Shown: positions 10,173 to 20,847 of the stretch, piece by piece | How the letters are laid out: every line of letters begins with the position of its first letter | Numbering within the stretch: position 1 is the first letter of the stretch | Assembly (NCBI GenBank): GCA_934099115.1 | Contig: CAKOPK010000001.1 | Span: forward strand, 17,682 to 81,681 | DNA: 64,000 nucleotides | Direction of reading: 5' to 3' | Source of the DNA: an uncultured Bacilli bacterium | Lineage (GTDB): Bacteria; Bacillota_I; Bacilli_A; RF39; UBA660 | Made by a program: the position numbers and the translations under genes | The notes under the pieces: model-generated | Databases searched by the model: none | What the model saw: only the letters and a program-made list of their open reading frames with translations | What the model was told of the DNA's origin: nothing

Positions 10173-10703
10173 ATGGAGAAAGAAGTAAGAAATTTAGCGA
10201 TTACAGAAGAAAAAGCTTATCATATTCGAATGCATTTAAAAGTTACTCAGAGAGAATTTGCTAATTTATTGGGTGTAAGTGCTAGTTATGTATCTAATTG
10301 GGAAAATGGTTATAATGAAATTACTATTGTAATGCTTAATAAAATTTGTAATTTAGGAAATACTACTTTTGATTATATGATGGGACTTAGCGATGTTATA
10401 AATCCTTTAGTGCATTCTATAGAAAATGTTGATAAAATCCATTTAGGAAAGAAATTAAAACAAATAAGAAAAAGTAGTGGTTATACACAAGAAAAATTAG
10501 CTAAAAAAATACATACACATCGTTTTTTGATTAGTGATTATGAAACTGGAAGGAAAGCGATTAGTACTGCTGATTTAAAACAAATATGTGAAACCTTTGG
10601 ATATAGTGCTGATTGGTGTGTTGGTAAGTTAGATGAATGTGTTAGATATAATCCTATTAATAAGATTAAAACTAAAGAAATTAAAGAATTGGTTCATAAT
10701 TAA
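10173..10703 (+). CDS. XRE-family regulator with two tandem HTH_3 domains
   Basis: Two copies of the Q-x-E/K-L/F-A...S..Y.S.WE.G pattern (QREFANLLGVSASYVSNWENG and QEKLAKKIHTHRFLISDYETG). Each ends in a D(Y/W)xxG tail. Confidence 0.8.
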   Translation: MEKEVRNLAITEEKAYHIRMHLKVTQREFANLLGVSASYVSNWENGYNEITIVMLNKICNLGNTTFDYMMGLSDVINPLVHSIENVDKIHLGKKLKQIRKSSGYTQEKLAKKIHTHRFLISDYETGRKAISTADLKQICETFGYSADWCVGKLDECVRYNPINKIKTKEIKELVHN

Positions 10704-10731
10704 ATTCTCTATAAGAGAGTTTTTTAAAAAA

Positions 10732-10762
10732 AGAAGTTTATTTCATCCTAAACTTCTTTTTA
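10732..10762 (+). terminator. rho-independent terminator (A-run on the other side, possibly bidirectional)
   Basis: AGAAGTTTA-TTTCATCC-TAAACTTCT (9 bp) followed by TTTT. Confidence 0.7.
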
Positions 10763-10898
10763 GATATTACTCTTTAATATCGTTAATACTTATAATATTA
10801 GATTGATATCAAAAAAATTAATATGTACTAAGTAATACCTGTGTACATATTAATAGTTTATTAATATTTTAGTTATTTATTTAACCTCTTTTTACCAA

Positions 10899-12869
10899 TT
10901 ATTTTAAAATATAATCATATAAGTTATATTTCGTTATTTGATTTCCTAATGTAAATTTAGTAGATACTAAATTATTCATTCTTCGTACATATTCTTCTGT
11001 TTGTTCTAGTTCTTTGCCTTCTTTTAAAGTAAATTTTCCCCTATTATAAGTGCCATAGTCAGAGACCCAACTGCGATTTGAAAAGATAGCTAAACCTGGT
11101 TCATCACTTAGTATGTCTTTTCCTACTATTAATCTAGAATCATATTCTACACCAAATAAATTTAATAATGTTGGTAAGACATCTATTTGACTTCCTACTT
11201 TATCCACTGTGATAGGTTTCTTCATTTTACTATTCCAAATCACAAAATTACTATGATTTATTTCTACTGTTTCATCTCTATTATAAGTGCTTAGTTCATT
11301 TACTTCATCTACTGTTAATGTATATGGGTAATGGTCTCCTACAAAAGAAATAACAGTATTATCTAATATTTTAGCTTCTTTTAAACCTTTTATTAGAGAT
11401 TCTAGAGCTCTATCAAATTCTATTTGAGTTGCTAAATATGCTTTTACATTGTTACTATATGGTAAATCTTTTACTAAGTCAGTATTTTTTAAAGCAATAC
11501 TATTTCCATTTGAATTATAAACATATGGGGCATGGCCTGAGACTGATACATAGTAAGTTACAAATTTTTTATTATCTTTATATAATGGTAGAGTTTCATT
11601 CATCATATCGATATCACTTGGTAACCATTTACAACTCATTAAGTTTTCCATTCCATTTCCACAACCCATGTAATCTTTAAATCCTAGAGTGGGCATTGTC
11701 TTTTGCCTACTATAATAAGTATAAGTCCAATCGTGATAACTAAATGCTCTATATCCAATGTTAGTAAAACTGTTGCCTAAGGCAAATCTTATATTGGGCG
11801 TTACTTTTTTCCAGTTAGATAGTGCTTCTTGAGTTGCTATTAAACCAGTTGTTGCTTGAAATTCTCCTCCGGTAGTGCTAAAAAATACAGGAGAATAAAA
11901 ATTATTAAACACGAAACCTTCGGTTGTTAATTTATATAACGTTGGAGTTAATTCTTTATCGACTGCTATCATATTAAACCCTTCTGCTAAAATAAATATT
12001 AAGTTTTTGCCTTTAAACATTCCTGTATATTTATTTTTGTTCGTCGGGCTAGTATTCTTAAGAGTACTTAGTACTTCTTTTATAGTATCATTGCTTTCAT
12101 TATTAATTAAATCATCAAAATCTATTTCTATTTGATTATAAGTAACATTTGTTTCTGTTTCTTCTTCCTCTTGTTTTGGTTCTTCTAAAGTAGAATTATT
12201 TGTTATTATTTTTTCATCAAAACCAAATATAACTCTTTTTAAATCTATTTTAGTATAAGTAAATAAACCAAATTTCTCTACCATTTTTATTTCACTATTA
12301 ATATTATAATATAGATTGTAGGCAGAATATGTTTCTTTTTTATCTAAGTTTATACTTAATAGAGATAGTATATAGATAATTAGAGTTATAATAGAGATAA
12401 TTAATAATGGTTTCTTATTTTGGCGAGTCCAATCTATTTTATTTCTTAATATAATTAAAAGAATGATTGGTAATATATAAGTAATAACTATACCAATATT
12501 CTTATATATAGCATCTATTGCTATGTCTCTAAAGTCTATCGCGTTACCTGCTAAAGAAATAGAGTTAAAAGAAAATATATTGCTAAATAGACGGTAAAAT
12601 ATTGTTTGAAAGCCTGAGTATATACATAATAATATTGTAATTATAAAGGTTATGATTTTGTTTCCTTTTTCTTTCATTATATTTGTTAATAAATAAAATA
12701 ATCCTATTAGAGGAAGAGAAAATAACAATGTGTATAATATACCAATGGTTGATTTAGATATAAATATTTTCGTTAATATTTCTAAATATATAATTAGAAA
12801 TGCTATAAATAAAAATCTGCTGTACTTCTTTAACATATTTTTATAAAAATCCTTTCTTTTAATGCTCAC
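10899..12869 (-). CDS. LtaS-family (sulfatase/alkaline-phosphatase superfamily) polytopic membrane enzyme
   Basis: An N-terminal block of ~5 TM helices plus an extracellular domain. Motifs LIFILAEGFN, TPTLYKL, STTGGEF and SVSGHAPY match the LtaS/phosphoglycerol-transferase layout. Confidence 0.8.
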   Translation of the reverse strand: MSIKRKDFYKNMLKKYSRFLFIAFLIIYLEILTKIFISKSTIGILYTLLFSLPLIGLFYLLTNIMKEKGNKIITFIITILLCIYSGFQTIFYRLFSNIFSFNSISLAGNAIDFRDIAIDAIYKNIGIVITYILPIILLIILRNKIDWTRQNKKPLLIISIITLIIYILSLLSINLDKKETYSAYNLYYNINSEIKMVEKFGLFTYTKIDLKRVIFGFDEKIITNNSTLEEPKQEEEETETNVTYNQIEIDFDDLINNESNDTIKEVLSTLKNTSPTNKNKYTGMFKGKNLIFILAEGFNMIAVDKELTPTLYKLTTEGFVFNNFYSPVFFSTTGGEFQATTGLIATQEALSNWKKVTPNIRFALGNSFTNIGYRAFSYHDWTYTYYSRQKTMPTLGFKDYMGCGNGMENLMSCKWLPSDIDMMNETLPLYKDNKKFVTYYVSVSGHAPYVYNSNGNSIALKNTDLVKDLPYSNNVKAYLATQIEFDRALESLIKGLKEAKILDNTVISFVGDHYPYTLTVDEVNELSTYNRDETVEINHSNFVIWNSKMKKPITVDKVGSQIDVLPTLLNLFGVEYDSRLIVGKDILSDEPGLAIFSNRSWVSDYGTYNRGKFTLKEGKELEQTEEYVRRMNNLVSTKFTLGNQITKYNLYDYILK

Positions 12870-12956
12870 TTAATATTATAGCAAATAAAATTTATTTTGC
12901 TATATTAAACTTCCTTTTTATGTCATTTTTGTGTATAATGTTTTTAGGTGGTAAAA

Positions 12957-13400
12957 ATGATACAAAAAATAAAAAATTATTATGATAAATATCAAGAAAT
13001 TGTTAATTATTTAATTGTAGGAGTACTTACAACTATAGTTAGTTTGGGTGTTAAATATTTATTATTATTTACTGTATTAAATGCTAAAGAGCCTGTAGAA
13101 TTACAAATTGCTGTTGTTATTTCTTGGATTTGTGCCGTAGCTTTTGCTTATGTTGCTAATCGTATTTTTGTCTTTCGTTCTAAGTCTAAGAATTATTTAA
13201 AAGAAATTACTTCTTTCGTGGGTGGTAGAATATTAACGCTTTTGATGGAAATGTTTATTATGTGGTTCTTTGTTACTTTATTACGTTTGGATAGTAATTT
13301 ATGGGTTGTTATTTGGACTATGGTTTGTCAAGTATTAGTAACTGTATTTAATTATATTTTAAGTAAATTATTTGTTTTTACAAAGAAAAAAGAAAGCTAG
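12957..13400 (+). CDS. GtrA-family small membrane protein (polyprenyl-P-sugar flippase candidate)
   Basis: ~147 aa with 4 TM helices and the GtrA-like motif YLIVGVLTT...ANRIFVF. ATG 12957 is preferred (AGGTGG RBS) over the tracked GTG 12948. Confidence 0.8.
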   Translation: MIQKIKNYYDKYQEIVNYLIVGVLTTIVSLGVKYLLLFTVLNAKEPVELQIAVVISWICAVAFAYVANRIFVFRSKSKNYLKEITSFVGGRILTLLMEMFIMWFFVTLLRLDSNLWVVIWTMVCQVLVTVFNYILSKLFVFTKKKES

Positions 13401-13438
13401 AAATTGCTTTCATGATGCACTTCAAGGTGTGTCTTTTT

Positions 13439-14686
13439 TTATGATAGGATATAGGGATTAGCAGTTGTTCCAGTTCCACCAGTAAATGATATGTCTGATT
13501 TTAGATTGATGACGGGTCTGACGCCAAAAGTTGCAAATGTACTATGGTTTCCAAGTGCTCCACTATCTTGTAACACAAATACTAAAGAATTTACATCATC
13601 ATATCCCGATGGCGATATCGTCCAATAATACTGGCCTGTGTATAAATAGTACTTTGTATTAATAACATTTTCTCCTCCACCTGCATAGACAGCTTCGTTT
13701 TTGCTTATTAATCCAATGGGAAAAGCAAATTTATCATTAATATCTAAACATTTTAAGTCTTTATTTTGTGAATACCAAGTCATACTGGTTCCTATACCGC
13801 TTCCACTATATGGTGTTCTGTTATTGCAAAATGTTGCTCCTTCTCCTGTTGCTATATAGTTTGAATAACTACTTAAATTATTATTATACCAGTTATCTAA
13901 TACTCCTTTGATGGTACTGTCTGTTCCTCTTCCATGTACTTCTCCACTTGTATATTGATATCCTACATACATGTTATCATTATAACTTGGATTAAAAGTA
14001 CTCGTTCCTATCCCAGTTGTCTCTCCTGTTTGATCCGTTGTTGGTCCATTATAGATCATTCTTATTGTTCCATCGCCATTTATGCGAATGATTCTCCAGT
14101 AGAAACCACCAAACTTAACCCAGTTATCTGTCGGTGCTCCTGCAAAATAATAAGTTTCGCCATGGTCATCGTATTGAGTACTATTCAAAGATTTATAAAT
14201 GACACCTGTGGTTGTATCGGTAAGTGTTGTTGAAAAGTCATTTCTTGTCTTTATGGTCTTCATATTAGCCATAATTGATTCGCATGAAATTCCTTTACAA
14301 GCATAACTATCAAAATATAAATAACATTTTGTTCCTTTTTGGGTTAAATTATTTACATTTATTTTACCATTACTATAATCAAAAGTAATAGAACTATCTT
14401 TATTTCCATTTACTGCACAATAACTTTTATCTTGATTTAATTTATAACCATTTGATGGAACTGTATCACTTACCTTATATTCTCCACTATCTTCGACATA
14501 CATAGATACTAAATTTAAATCTGGTACTGTATAATTAATTGTTCCTCTAGCTAGTTCAATACTCTGTGTTGTTTTATATTTAGCTCTAGAAGTTAATTGT
14601 ACTACCGTTACAATTACTGCCATAAACACTAGTACAATTCCTCCATACTTCTTTAACTTATTTCTTTTTAATCTCTCTATTTTCAT
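13439..14686 (-). CDS. signal-anchored extracellular protein of unknown function
   Basis: N-terminal K/R-rich segment plus one TM helix. Cys-containing middle region. C-terminal block YYWTISPSG...FGVRPVINL. Confidence 0.6.
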   Translation of the reverse strand: MKIERLKRNKLKKYGGIVLVFMAVIVTVVQLTSRAKYKTTQSIELARGTINYTVPDLNLVSMYVEDSGEYKVSDTVPSNGYKLNQDKSYCAVNGNKDSSITFDYSNGKINVNNLTQKGTKCYLYFDSYACKGISCESIMANMKTIKTRNDFSTTLTDTTTGVIYKSLNSTQYDDHGETYYFAGAPTDNWVKFGGFYWRIIRINGDGTIRMIYNGPTTDQTGETTGIGTSTFNPSYNDNMYVGYQYTSGEVHGRGTDSTIKGVLDNWYNNNLSSYSNYIATGEGATFCNNRTPYSGSGIGTSMTWYSQNKDLKCLDINDKFAFPIGLISKNEAVYAGGGENVINTKYYLYTGQYYWTISPSGYDDVNSLVFVLQDSGALGNHSTFATFGVRPVINLKSDISFTGGTGTTANPYILS

Positions 14687-14827
14687 TTTTCTAACCTCTC
14701 TTAGAATTCTCTACCATACACCAAAATTATATTATTAAGGATATTGAAAGTCAAGAAAAATATAGCTATTTTATTGGTTTTATATTTTGCATATTACAAT
14801 ATGAGAAAATTAGTTTAGGTGAATTAT

Positions 14828-15271
14828 ATGATATACTTAGAGCGATTAAGGGATATTAGGAAGGAAGAAGAAATTACTCAAGCTGAATTAAGTAGCTTAT
14901 TAGGAATTCATGAGTATGTTTATGGACAATATGAAAGAGAATATGTTATTATGCCTTTAAAACATTTAGATGTTGTTGCAAATAAGCTTGATGTTTCTAT
15001 TGATTATTTATTTGGTTTTACTAATCAAAAAAATTATAAAAATTCTTCTTTGATAAATTTAGAAAAAAGTTCTTTTAGAATTAAAGAATTAAGAAAAGAA
15101 AAGCATCTTACACAGAAAAAACTTGCTAGTATTTTAAATACTGTACAACCTGTAATAGCTAATTATGAAAATGGTAAACATTTAATATCTACCCCTTTTC
15201 TATATACTATTTGTAAGAAATATCAAATTAGTGCTGATTATCTTTTAGGAAAAACTGATTATAAATATTAA
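14828..15271 (+). CDS. XRE-family regulator with two tandem HTH_3 domains (paralogue of 10173-10703)
   Basis: QAELSSLLGIHEYVYGQYERE and QKKLASILNTVQPVIANYENG, each followed by DYL(F/L)G. ATG 14828 lies behind an AGGTGA RBS. Confidence 0.8.
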   Translation: MIYLERLRDIRKEEEITQAELSSLLGIHEYVYGQYEREYVIMPLKHLDVVANKLDVSIDYLFGFTNQKNYKNSSLINLEKSSFRIKELRKEKHLTQKKLASILNTVQPVIANYENGKHLISTPFLYTICKKYQISADYLLGKTDYKY

Positions 15272-15282
15272 TGATATATAAA

Positions 15283-15310
15283 AAGAAGCCAAGGAGACTT
15301 CTTATTTTTT
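15283..15310 (+). terminator. rho-independent terminator
   Basis: AAGAAG-CCAAGGAGA-CTTCTT followed by ATTTTTTGATTTTTT. Confidence 0.7.
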
Positions 15311-15479
15311 GATTTTTTATATACATTCTGATTCATTTAAATTACAGGTTTCTTTATCTTTAAATGAAGAAGAATTTTTATTTTATTCTAAATATTATTA
15401 TCATATATAAAGAATGATTTTCTGCTATAAATGTTGGGGCACTAGTTTTTAAACTTTTAGTCCCTCCAAAATATTTGTG

Positions 15480-16427
15480 TTATTTATTATTTTTATTGTT
15501 TTCTAAATTTATTAGATGTAATTCAAAGTTTTGTCTATCTTTACGAGCTATACTTTCTAGTATTAAGCCGCCTACAAATAATTGAATTGCTACTATACCA
15601 AAGAAAGATGCTGCCATTAGTGATGGGAATTTTTCTACTAAACCTGTATTTATATATCCTATTAGAGTTGGTATAAAGAAACCAACACCTATTATTAATG
15701 ATATTAAAGATAATAAACTAAAGAACGCAAAAGGTTTATATTGCTTAAATAAAGTTGCAATCGTTTTTAATACTTTAATACCATCACTTACTGTATTTAG
15801 TTTTGATACACTTCCCTCTGGTCTATCTCTATAATCTATTAATACATTTTCTAATTTCATTTTTTTATCTAAAGCATGAATAGTCATTTCAGTTTCAATT
15901 TCGAATCCGCCAGATATAATTGGGAATGATTTTACAAACATACGACTAAATGCTCTATATCCAGTCATGATATCTCTAACATTACTCTTAAATATTTTAT
16001 TAACTAAAAATCTTACTACGACATTACCAGAATTGTGAAACATTCTTTTATTTTCTGTGAAATATGTACTAGATAGACGATCTCCTACAACCATTTCTGC
16101 TTTTCCATCTAGTATTAGATTACACATTTCTTTTGCTTGTTCTGCTGGATAAGTATCATCTCCATCAGTCATAATATAACAATCTGCTTCTATTTCACGG
16201 AACATTCTACGAATTACATTTCCTTTTCCTTGCATATATTCATGCTTTACGATAGCTCCTGCTTTTTCTGCTAATTCTGCAGTATTATCACTTGAATTAT
16301 TATCGTAAACATAGATATCTGCTTCTGGTAATTCTCTTTTAAAATCTTTAACTACTTTTTCTATTGTTTTTGATTCATTATAACATGGTATTAAAACTGC
16401 TATTTTTTTCACTTCTAAAAACCTCAC
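15480..16427 (-). CDS. GT2 polyprenyl-phosphate glycosyltransferase (GtrB/CsbB-like, with C-terminal TM helices)
   Basis: IAVLIPCYNESKTI, DNNSSDNT and TDGDDTY (DxD) motifs, with two C-terminal TM helices. Confidence 0.85.
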   Translation of the reverse strand: MRFLEVKKIAVLIPCYNESKTIEKVVKDFKRELPEADIYVYDNNSSDNTAELAEKAGAIVKHEYMQGKGNVIRRMFREIEADCYIMTDGDDTYPAEQAKEMCNLILDGKAEMVVGDRLSSTYFTENKRMFHNSGNVVVRFLVNKIFKSNVRDIMTGYRAFSRMFVKSFPIISGGFEIETEMTIHALDKKMKLENVLIDYRDRPEGSVSKLNTVSDGIKVLKTIATLFKQYKPFAFFSLLSLISLIIGVGFFIPTLIGYINTGLVEKFPSLMAASFFGIVAIQLFVGGLILESIARKDRQNFELHLINLENNKNNK

Positions 16428-16517
16428 TTCTTGGAATTAGTTTAACATATTTATAGGGATAAGTAAACTAAATATAAATGTTATTTGCTTATTTTACAAG
16501 GAAATGCTATAATTTTA

Positions 16518-18590
16518 ATGGTGATTTTTATGTTTGTAGTTTTAATACTAATAATCTTATTTATTATTTTATTTTTAATATATAAAAATAGTAATAAACA
16601 TAAATCTTTAGCACGATTTATATTTTTTGTTTATTCTATTAGTTTTATATTAGAATTTACTGTTTTTCAATATCGTTCTTATGAATCCATGCATTATCAA
16701 GAGTATGTTATAGAAGATTATAAATTAGGAGAAAGTTTAAAATTAAATAGGAATGGTTCTATTAGTATTTTAGAAAATAAATATAACTATATTGAAATTA
16801 ATTCTATTAATAAACATTTAGATAATATTGCAATTACTTTAAAAACAGATGATAATCAAACTATAAAAGTACATTATGGATATACAGATGCAGCAAATGC
16901 TAAATATGCTTTTGTTGATGGAAAAAGAGTACTTTCTAATAGAGAAGATATCTTTCGATTGCATTTAGCTGGCAAATCTAAAAGGTTTAGAATTTATATA
17001 GATCAAACAGACGAAGAAAAACCAGTATATATAGAAAGTATTACTTTTAATAAGAAAGTTCCTTTTAATTTTACTCTTACTAGGCCTATTTTAATTATGA
17101 GTTTTGCTTTATTATTTTATGTTTTTCGTCCTAAGTCTAAGTTATATCAAATGTCATTATTTAAAGGAAATGCTAAAAAGATTATATATATTACTGCAGG
17201 TGCACAAATTGTATTTTTATTAGGCATTTCACAACTAAATCAATATTTAGTTCAAGAACAGTTTCCTACAAAGCAAAGATTTCAATATCAATTGTTAGCA
17301 GAAGCTTTATTAAAGGGACATACTTATTTAGATGAAGAGCCTAGTAAAATTTTACAAGATTTAAAAAATCCTTATGATAAGAAAGCTAGAAATAATGCTT
17401 TTAATAATACTGGAGATTATTATATATGGGATGTTGCTTATTTTAACCATCACTACTATGTCTATTTTGGGGTAGCTCCTGTTATTCTTTATTATTTACC
17501 TGTTTATGCTATTACAGGACATCATATTAAGACTGTTACTTGTATATCTATTACAATGATTGCTACTGTTGTTGGTATATTTTTATTACTATATCAAATA
17601 TGTAAGAAATGGTTTTCTAAAGTTAATTTAGGCACTTATTTATTATTAACCTTATTATTTATTAATTCCTGTGGAATATTATTTATTATGGGTAGGCCAG
17701 ACCATTATTCTTTGCCTATTTTAATGGCAATTATGTTTAGTATTTATGGGTTATATTGGTGGTTTAAAGCTAAATATAATCATTATAAGCCTTTCTATTT
17801 ATTTTTGGGTAGTCTTTGTATGGCTAGTATAGCAGCTTGTAGGCCTCAATTATTAGTCACTAGTTTCTTTGCTATTCCTATATTTTTTAAAGATATTTTT
17901 AAAGATAGAGAATTGTTTTCTAAAAAAAGTGTTGGTAAAACTATAGCGTTGGTAACCCCTTATATAGTAATTGCTGGTTTATTAATGTTTTATAATTATA
18001 CACGTTTTGGTTCACCATTTGATTTTGGTGCTAATTATAATTTAACTACTAATGATATGACTAAAAGAGGATTTGTATTTGACCGTTCTTTTTTAGGTAT
18101 ATACTACTATTTATTTAATCCTATTCATATTACTTTACAGTTTCCTTTTATAACTAGAGTTGGAGTTACTACTAGTTATATTGGTACAACAATTTATGAA
18201 AATATGGGTGCAGGATTTATGTTTATTAATTTCTTAACTTTAATTACTTTATTTGCTTATAAATTTAAAGATTTATTTAAAGATAAGCTTCCTTATATTA
18301 TTAGTATTCTAGGAGTAATATTTGCTTTTATTCTAATTGTTGCGGATACTCAAATGGCTGGTATTCTGCCAAGATATGTCTGTGATTTTGGTTTCTTAAT
18401 TTACTTATCTACTTCGATCTTGTTATTTGCTATTTATAATCATAAGAAAGATGAATTATTAAATAAAATCTGTTATATAGCATTTGTTGTTGGTATTCTT
18501 TATAGTTTTTTCTTATTATTTAGTGATTCAAATGTTATGAATTCTTGGATATTCTTTTACTTAAGAAGAATATTTGAATTTTGGGTTTAA
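16518..18590 (+). CDS. large polytopic membrane protein, candidate GT-C-type glycosyltransferase
   Basis: About 690 aa: an N-terminal TM helix, a soluble ~170-aa insert, then more than 10 TM helices. It lies divergent to a GtrB-like GT2 and near a GtrA. The start is uncertain (ATG 16518 chosen; the tracked start is TTG 16485). Confidence 0.6.
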   Translation: MVIFMFVVLILIILFIILFLIYKNSNKHKSLARFIFFVYSISFILEFTVFQYRSYESMHYQEYVIEDYKLGESLKLNRNGSISILENKYNYIEINSINKHLDNIAITLKTDDNQTIKVHYGYTDAANAKYAFVDGKRVLSNREDIFRLHLAGKSKRFRIYIDQTDEEKPVYIESITFNKKVPFNFTLTRPILIMSFALLFYVFRPKSKLYQMSLFKGNAKKIIYITAGAQIVFLLGISQLNQYLVQEQFPTKQRFQYQLLAEALLKGHTYLDEEPSKILQDLKNPYDKKARNNAFNNTGDYYIWDVAYFNHHYYVYFGVAPVILYYLPVYAITGHHIKTVTCISITMIATVVGIFLLLYQICKKWFSKVNLGTYLLLTLLFINSCGILFIMGRPDHYSLPILMAIMFSIYGLYWWFKAKYNHYKPFYLFLGSLCMASIAACRPQLLVTSFFAIPIFFKDIFKDRELFSKKSVGKTIALVTPYIVIAGLLMFYNYTRFGSPFDFGANYNLTTNDMTKRGFVFDRSFLGIYYYLFNPIHITLQFPFITRVGVTTSYIGTTIYENMGAGFMFINFLTLITLFAYKFKDLFKDKLPYIISILGVIFAFILIVADTQMAGILPRYVCDFGFLIYLSTSILLFAIYNHKKDELLNKICYIAFVVGILYSFFLLFSDSNVMNSWIFFYLRRIFEFWV

Positions 18591-18594
18591 AAAA

Positions 18595-18625
18595 GAGATT
18601 TGATTGGTTCAAACCTCTTTTATTT
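18595..18625. terminator. bidirectional terminator between convergent genes
   Basis: GAGATTTGA-TTGGT-TCAAACCTC (8/9 bp), flanked by an A-run and a T-run. Confidence 0.65.
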
Positions 18626-19726
18626 TTGGAATTTATTTATAATAGCATCCACTATACGTTTACTTGCATTACCATCACCATAGGGGTTAGATGCTTTACT
18701 CATTTTTTCATATTCTTCTTTTATTGTTAATAATTTTTTTGTTTCATTATAAATTGTTTCTTCATCTGTTCCAACTAATTTTAAAGTACCTGCTTCTATT
18801 CCTTCTGGTCTTTCGGTTGTATCTCTTAATACTAAAACTGGTTTCCCTAAACTTGGTGCTTCTTCTTGAATTCCACCACTGTCTGTTAATATTAAATAAG
18901 CTTTATTTTGAAAATTATGGAAGTCAAATACTTCTAGTGGTTCTATTAGTTTTATTCTATTCGTATCTTTAAATTCTTCGTTTGCTATTTTCCTTACAAT
19001 TGGATTCATATGAATTGGATATATTACCTTTACATCTGGGAAATCATCTACTATTCTTTTTATCGCTTTAAAGATATTTCGCATTGGTTCTCCTAGATTT
19101 TCTCTTCTATGAGCTGTTAGTAAAATCATTCTTTCATTGGGTTCTATCCATTCTAATTCTTTATTATTATAATGATTGGTAACAGTTGTTTTCATAGCAT
19201 CTATGGCAGTATTTCCTGTTATATAAATCTTATCTTCAGCAATATTTTCTTTTAGTAAATTTTCTTTACTTACTTTAGTAGGTGCAAAATACATATCTGT
19301 CATGCAGTCTACCATTTGACGATTCATTTCCTCTGGAAAAGGAGAGTATTTATCGTTTGTTCTTAGTCCAGCTTCTACGTGACCTATTGCAGTGTGATTA
19401 TAGAAAGCTGCTAGAGCACCTGCAAAAGTTGTTGTAGTATCTCCATGAACTAATACTATATCAGGTTTACACTCTTTTATTACATTCTCTAAACCAGTTA
19501 AAGCTCTAGTTGTAATTTCTCCTAAAGTTTGCCCTTGTTTCATAATATTTAAGTCATAGTCTGGCTTAATTTGAAATGTTTCTAGGACTTGGTCTAACAT
19601 CTCACGATGTTGAGCTGTAACGCATACTATACTTTTAATTTCTTTTCTTGTTTCTAATTCTTTTACTAGAGGGGCCATTTTTATGGCTTCTGGTCTAGTT
19701 CCAAATATACTCATTACTTTAATCAT
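18620..19726 (-). CDS. mnaA: UDP-N-acetylglucosamine 2-epimerase (non-hydrolysing)
   Basis: MKVMSIFGTRPEAIKMAPL, HVEAGLRT, TAHRRENLG and DSGGIQEEAPSLGKPVLVLRDTTERPE motifs. Confidence 0.93.
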   Translation of the reverse strand: MIKVMSIFGTRPEAIKMAPLVKELETRKEIKSIVCVTAQHREMLDQVLETFQIKPDYDLNIMKQGQTLGEITTRALTGLENVIKECKPDIVLVHGDTTTTFAGALAAFYNHTAIGHVEAGLRTNDKYSPFPEEMNRQMVDCMTDMYFAPTKVSKENLLKENIAEDKIYITGNTAIDAMKTTVTNHYNNKELEWIEPNERMILLTAHRRENLGEPMRNIFKAIKRIVDDFPDVKVIYPIHMNPIVRKIANEEFKDTNRIKLIEPLEVFDFHNFQNKAYLILTDSGGIQEEAPSLGKPVLVLRDTTERPEGIEAGTLKLVGTDEETIYNETKKLLTIKEEYEKMSKASNPYGDGNASKRIVDAIINKFQK

Positions 19727-19729
19727 TAT

Positions 19730-20796
19730 TTATCTCCTTAAATTTTGTATAACTTTTTTTATTATGTTTTTAAATATGTTAATTATACTTACTATTATAA
19801 CACATATAGTATAATGCAACAATATGGATATTGGAAATAAAACAATCGTTTTATACCAGGGCATATTTAAATAAGTGATATATTTATAAAAATGTAGATC
19901 AACAAGGAATGAAATCAAATAGACACTAAAAGAGCAGTCTGACAAATATGGTATTAATTTATCAGTTATTAATGATGATTTCTTTATATTAAGATTGTAA
20001 AAGAAGCAAAATACTAAACCAGCAATAATAAAAGTAAATACATTGCCATAATCGCCCATTATTGTCCATGAGAAAGTGTCTCCTTCGCAATAAAAATATG
20101 TTAGTAATGTCTGAATAAATAATAATAGTATAATATATGTAATATTTTTTATCTTTGGAATTTTTGGTTGATATTCTCGTATATACGCTCCTAAAAAATA
20201 GAAAGCTAGAGGGTATTCAATTGGAAAATATGTTTTAACAATCAAATTATAGTTCACTTCAAATATTTTATTAAATAATGGATTAATTGTAGAATCAAGT
20301 CCACATATTACAACCAAAATAATAATTAATATTCTTTTTGATTTTTTTGTTGGGATATTATTATACATTATATTTAAAAAAGGAATTATTAAAAATAGAA
20401 TAAGATATAATTGTAAATACCAAGCATATGGTATTAAACTAAAATTTAAAACCTTTACTAATGTTTCAAGATTAAACATGTTAATATTTAAATAAAATTG
20501 ATAATAAATTATAAGAATCATGCAAACAATTAAATAATCAATTAGAATTCTTAAAATCGATTTATAATGATTTCTATCAATTTTTTATTTTTCTTTAAAT
20601 AGCCTGTTAATATAATAAATAAAGGCACACAAGTAAACATAAGCCAGCGCAACATTGTTAGAAAAAGCAAGAATGGCCCAGCTTTTAAAGTTATGTTCAT
20701 GTCATAAAAACCGTTTTTAGACATTGAATGAACACCTATTACCATTAATGTTGCTATAATTCTAACTATATCTAATCCGATGTATCTTTTTTTCAT
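19730..20796 (-). pseudogene. acyltransferase-3 family O-acyltransferase, split by a -1/+2 frameshift
   Basis: The N-terminal ORF (20551-20796, MKKRYIGLDIVRIIATLMVIGVHS) stops at ...INRF*. The next frame continues with SILRILIDYLIV..., which is the expected RILRI(L/I)xPY continuation. The junction lies in a T4 run (plus-strand A4 at 20553-20556). Confidence 0.75.
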
Positions 20797-20847
20797 ACTA
20801 CCAATTTATAGAATCATTCCAATTCTACCCTTTCTTTTTATCAGCTT

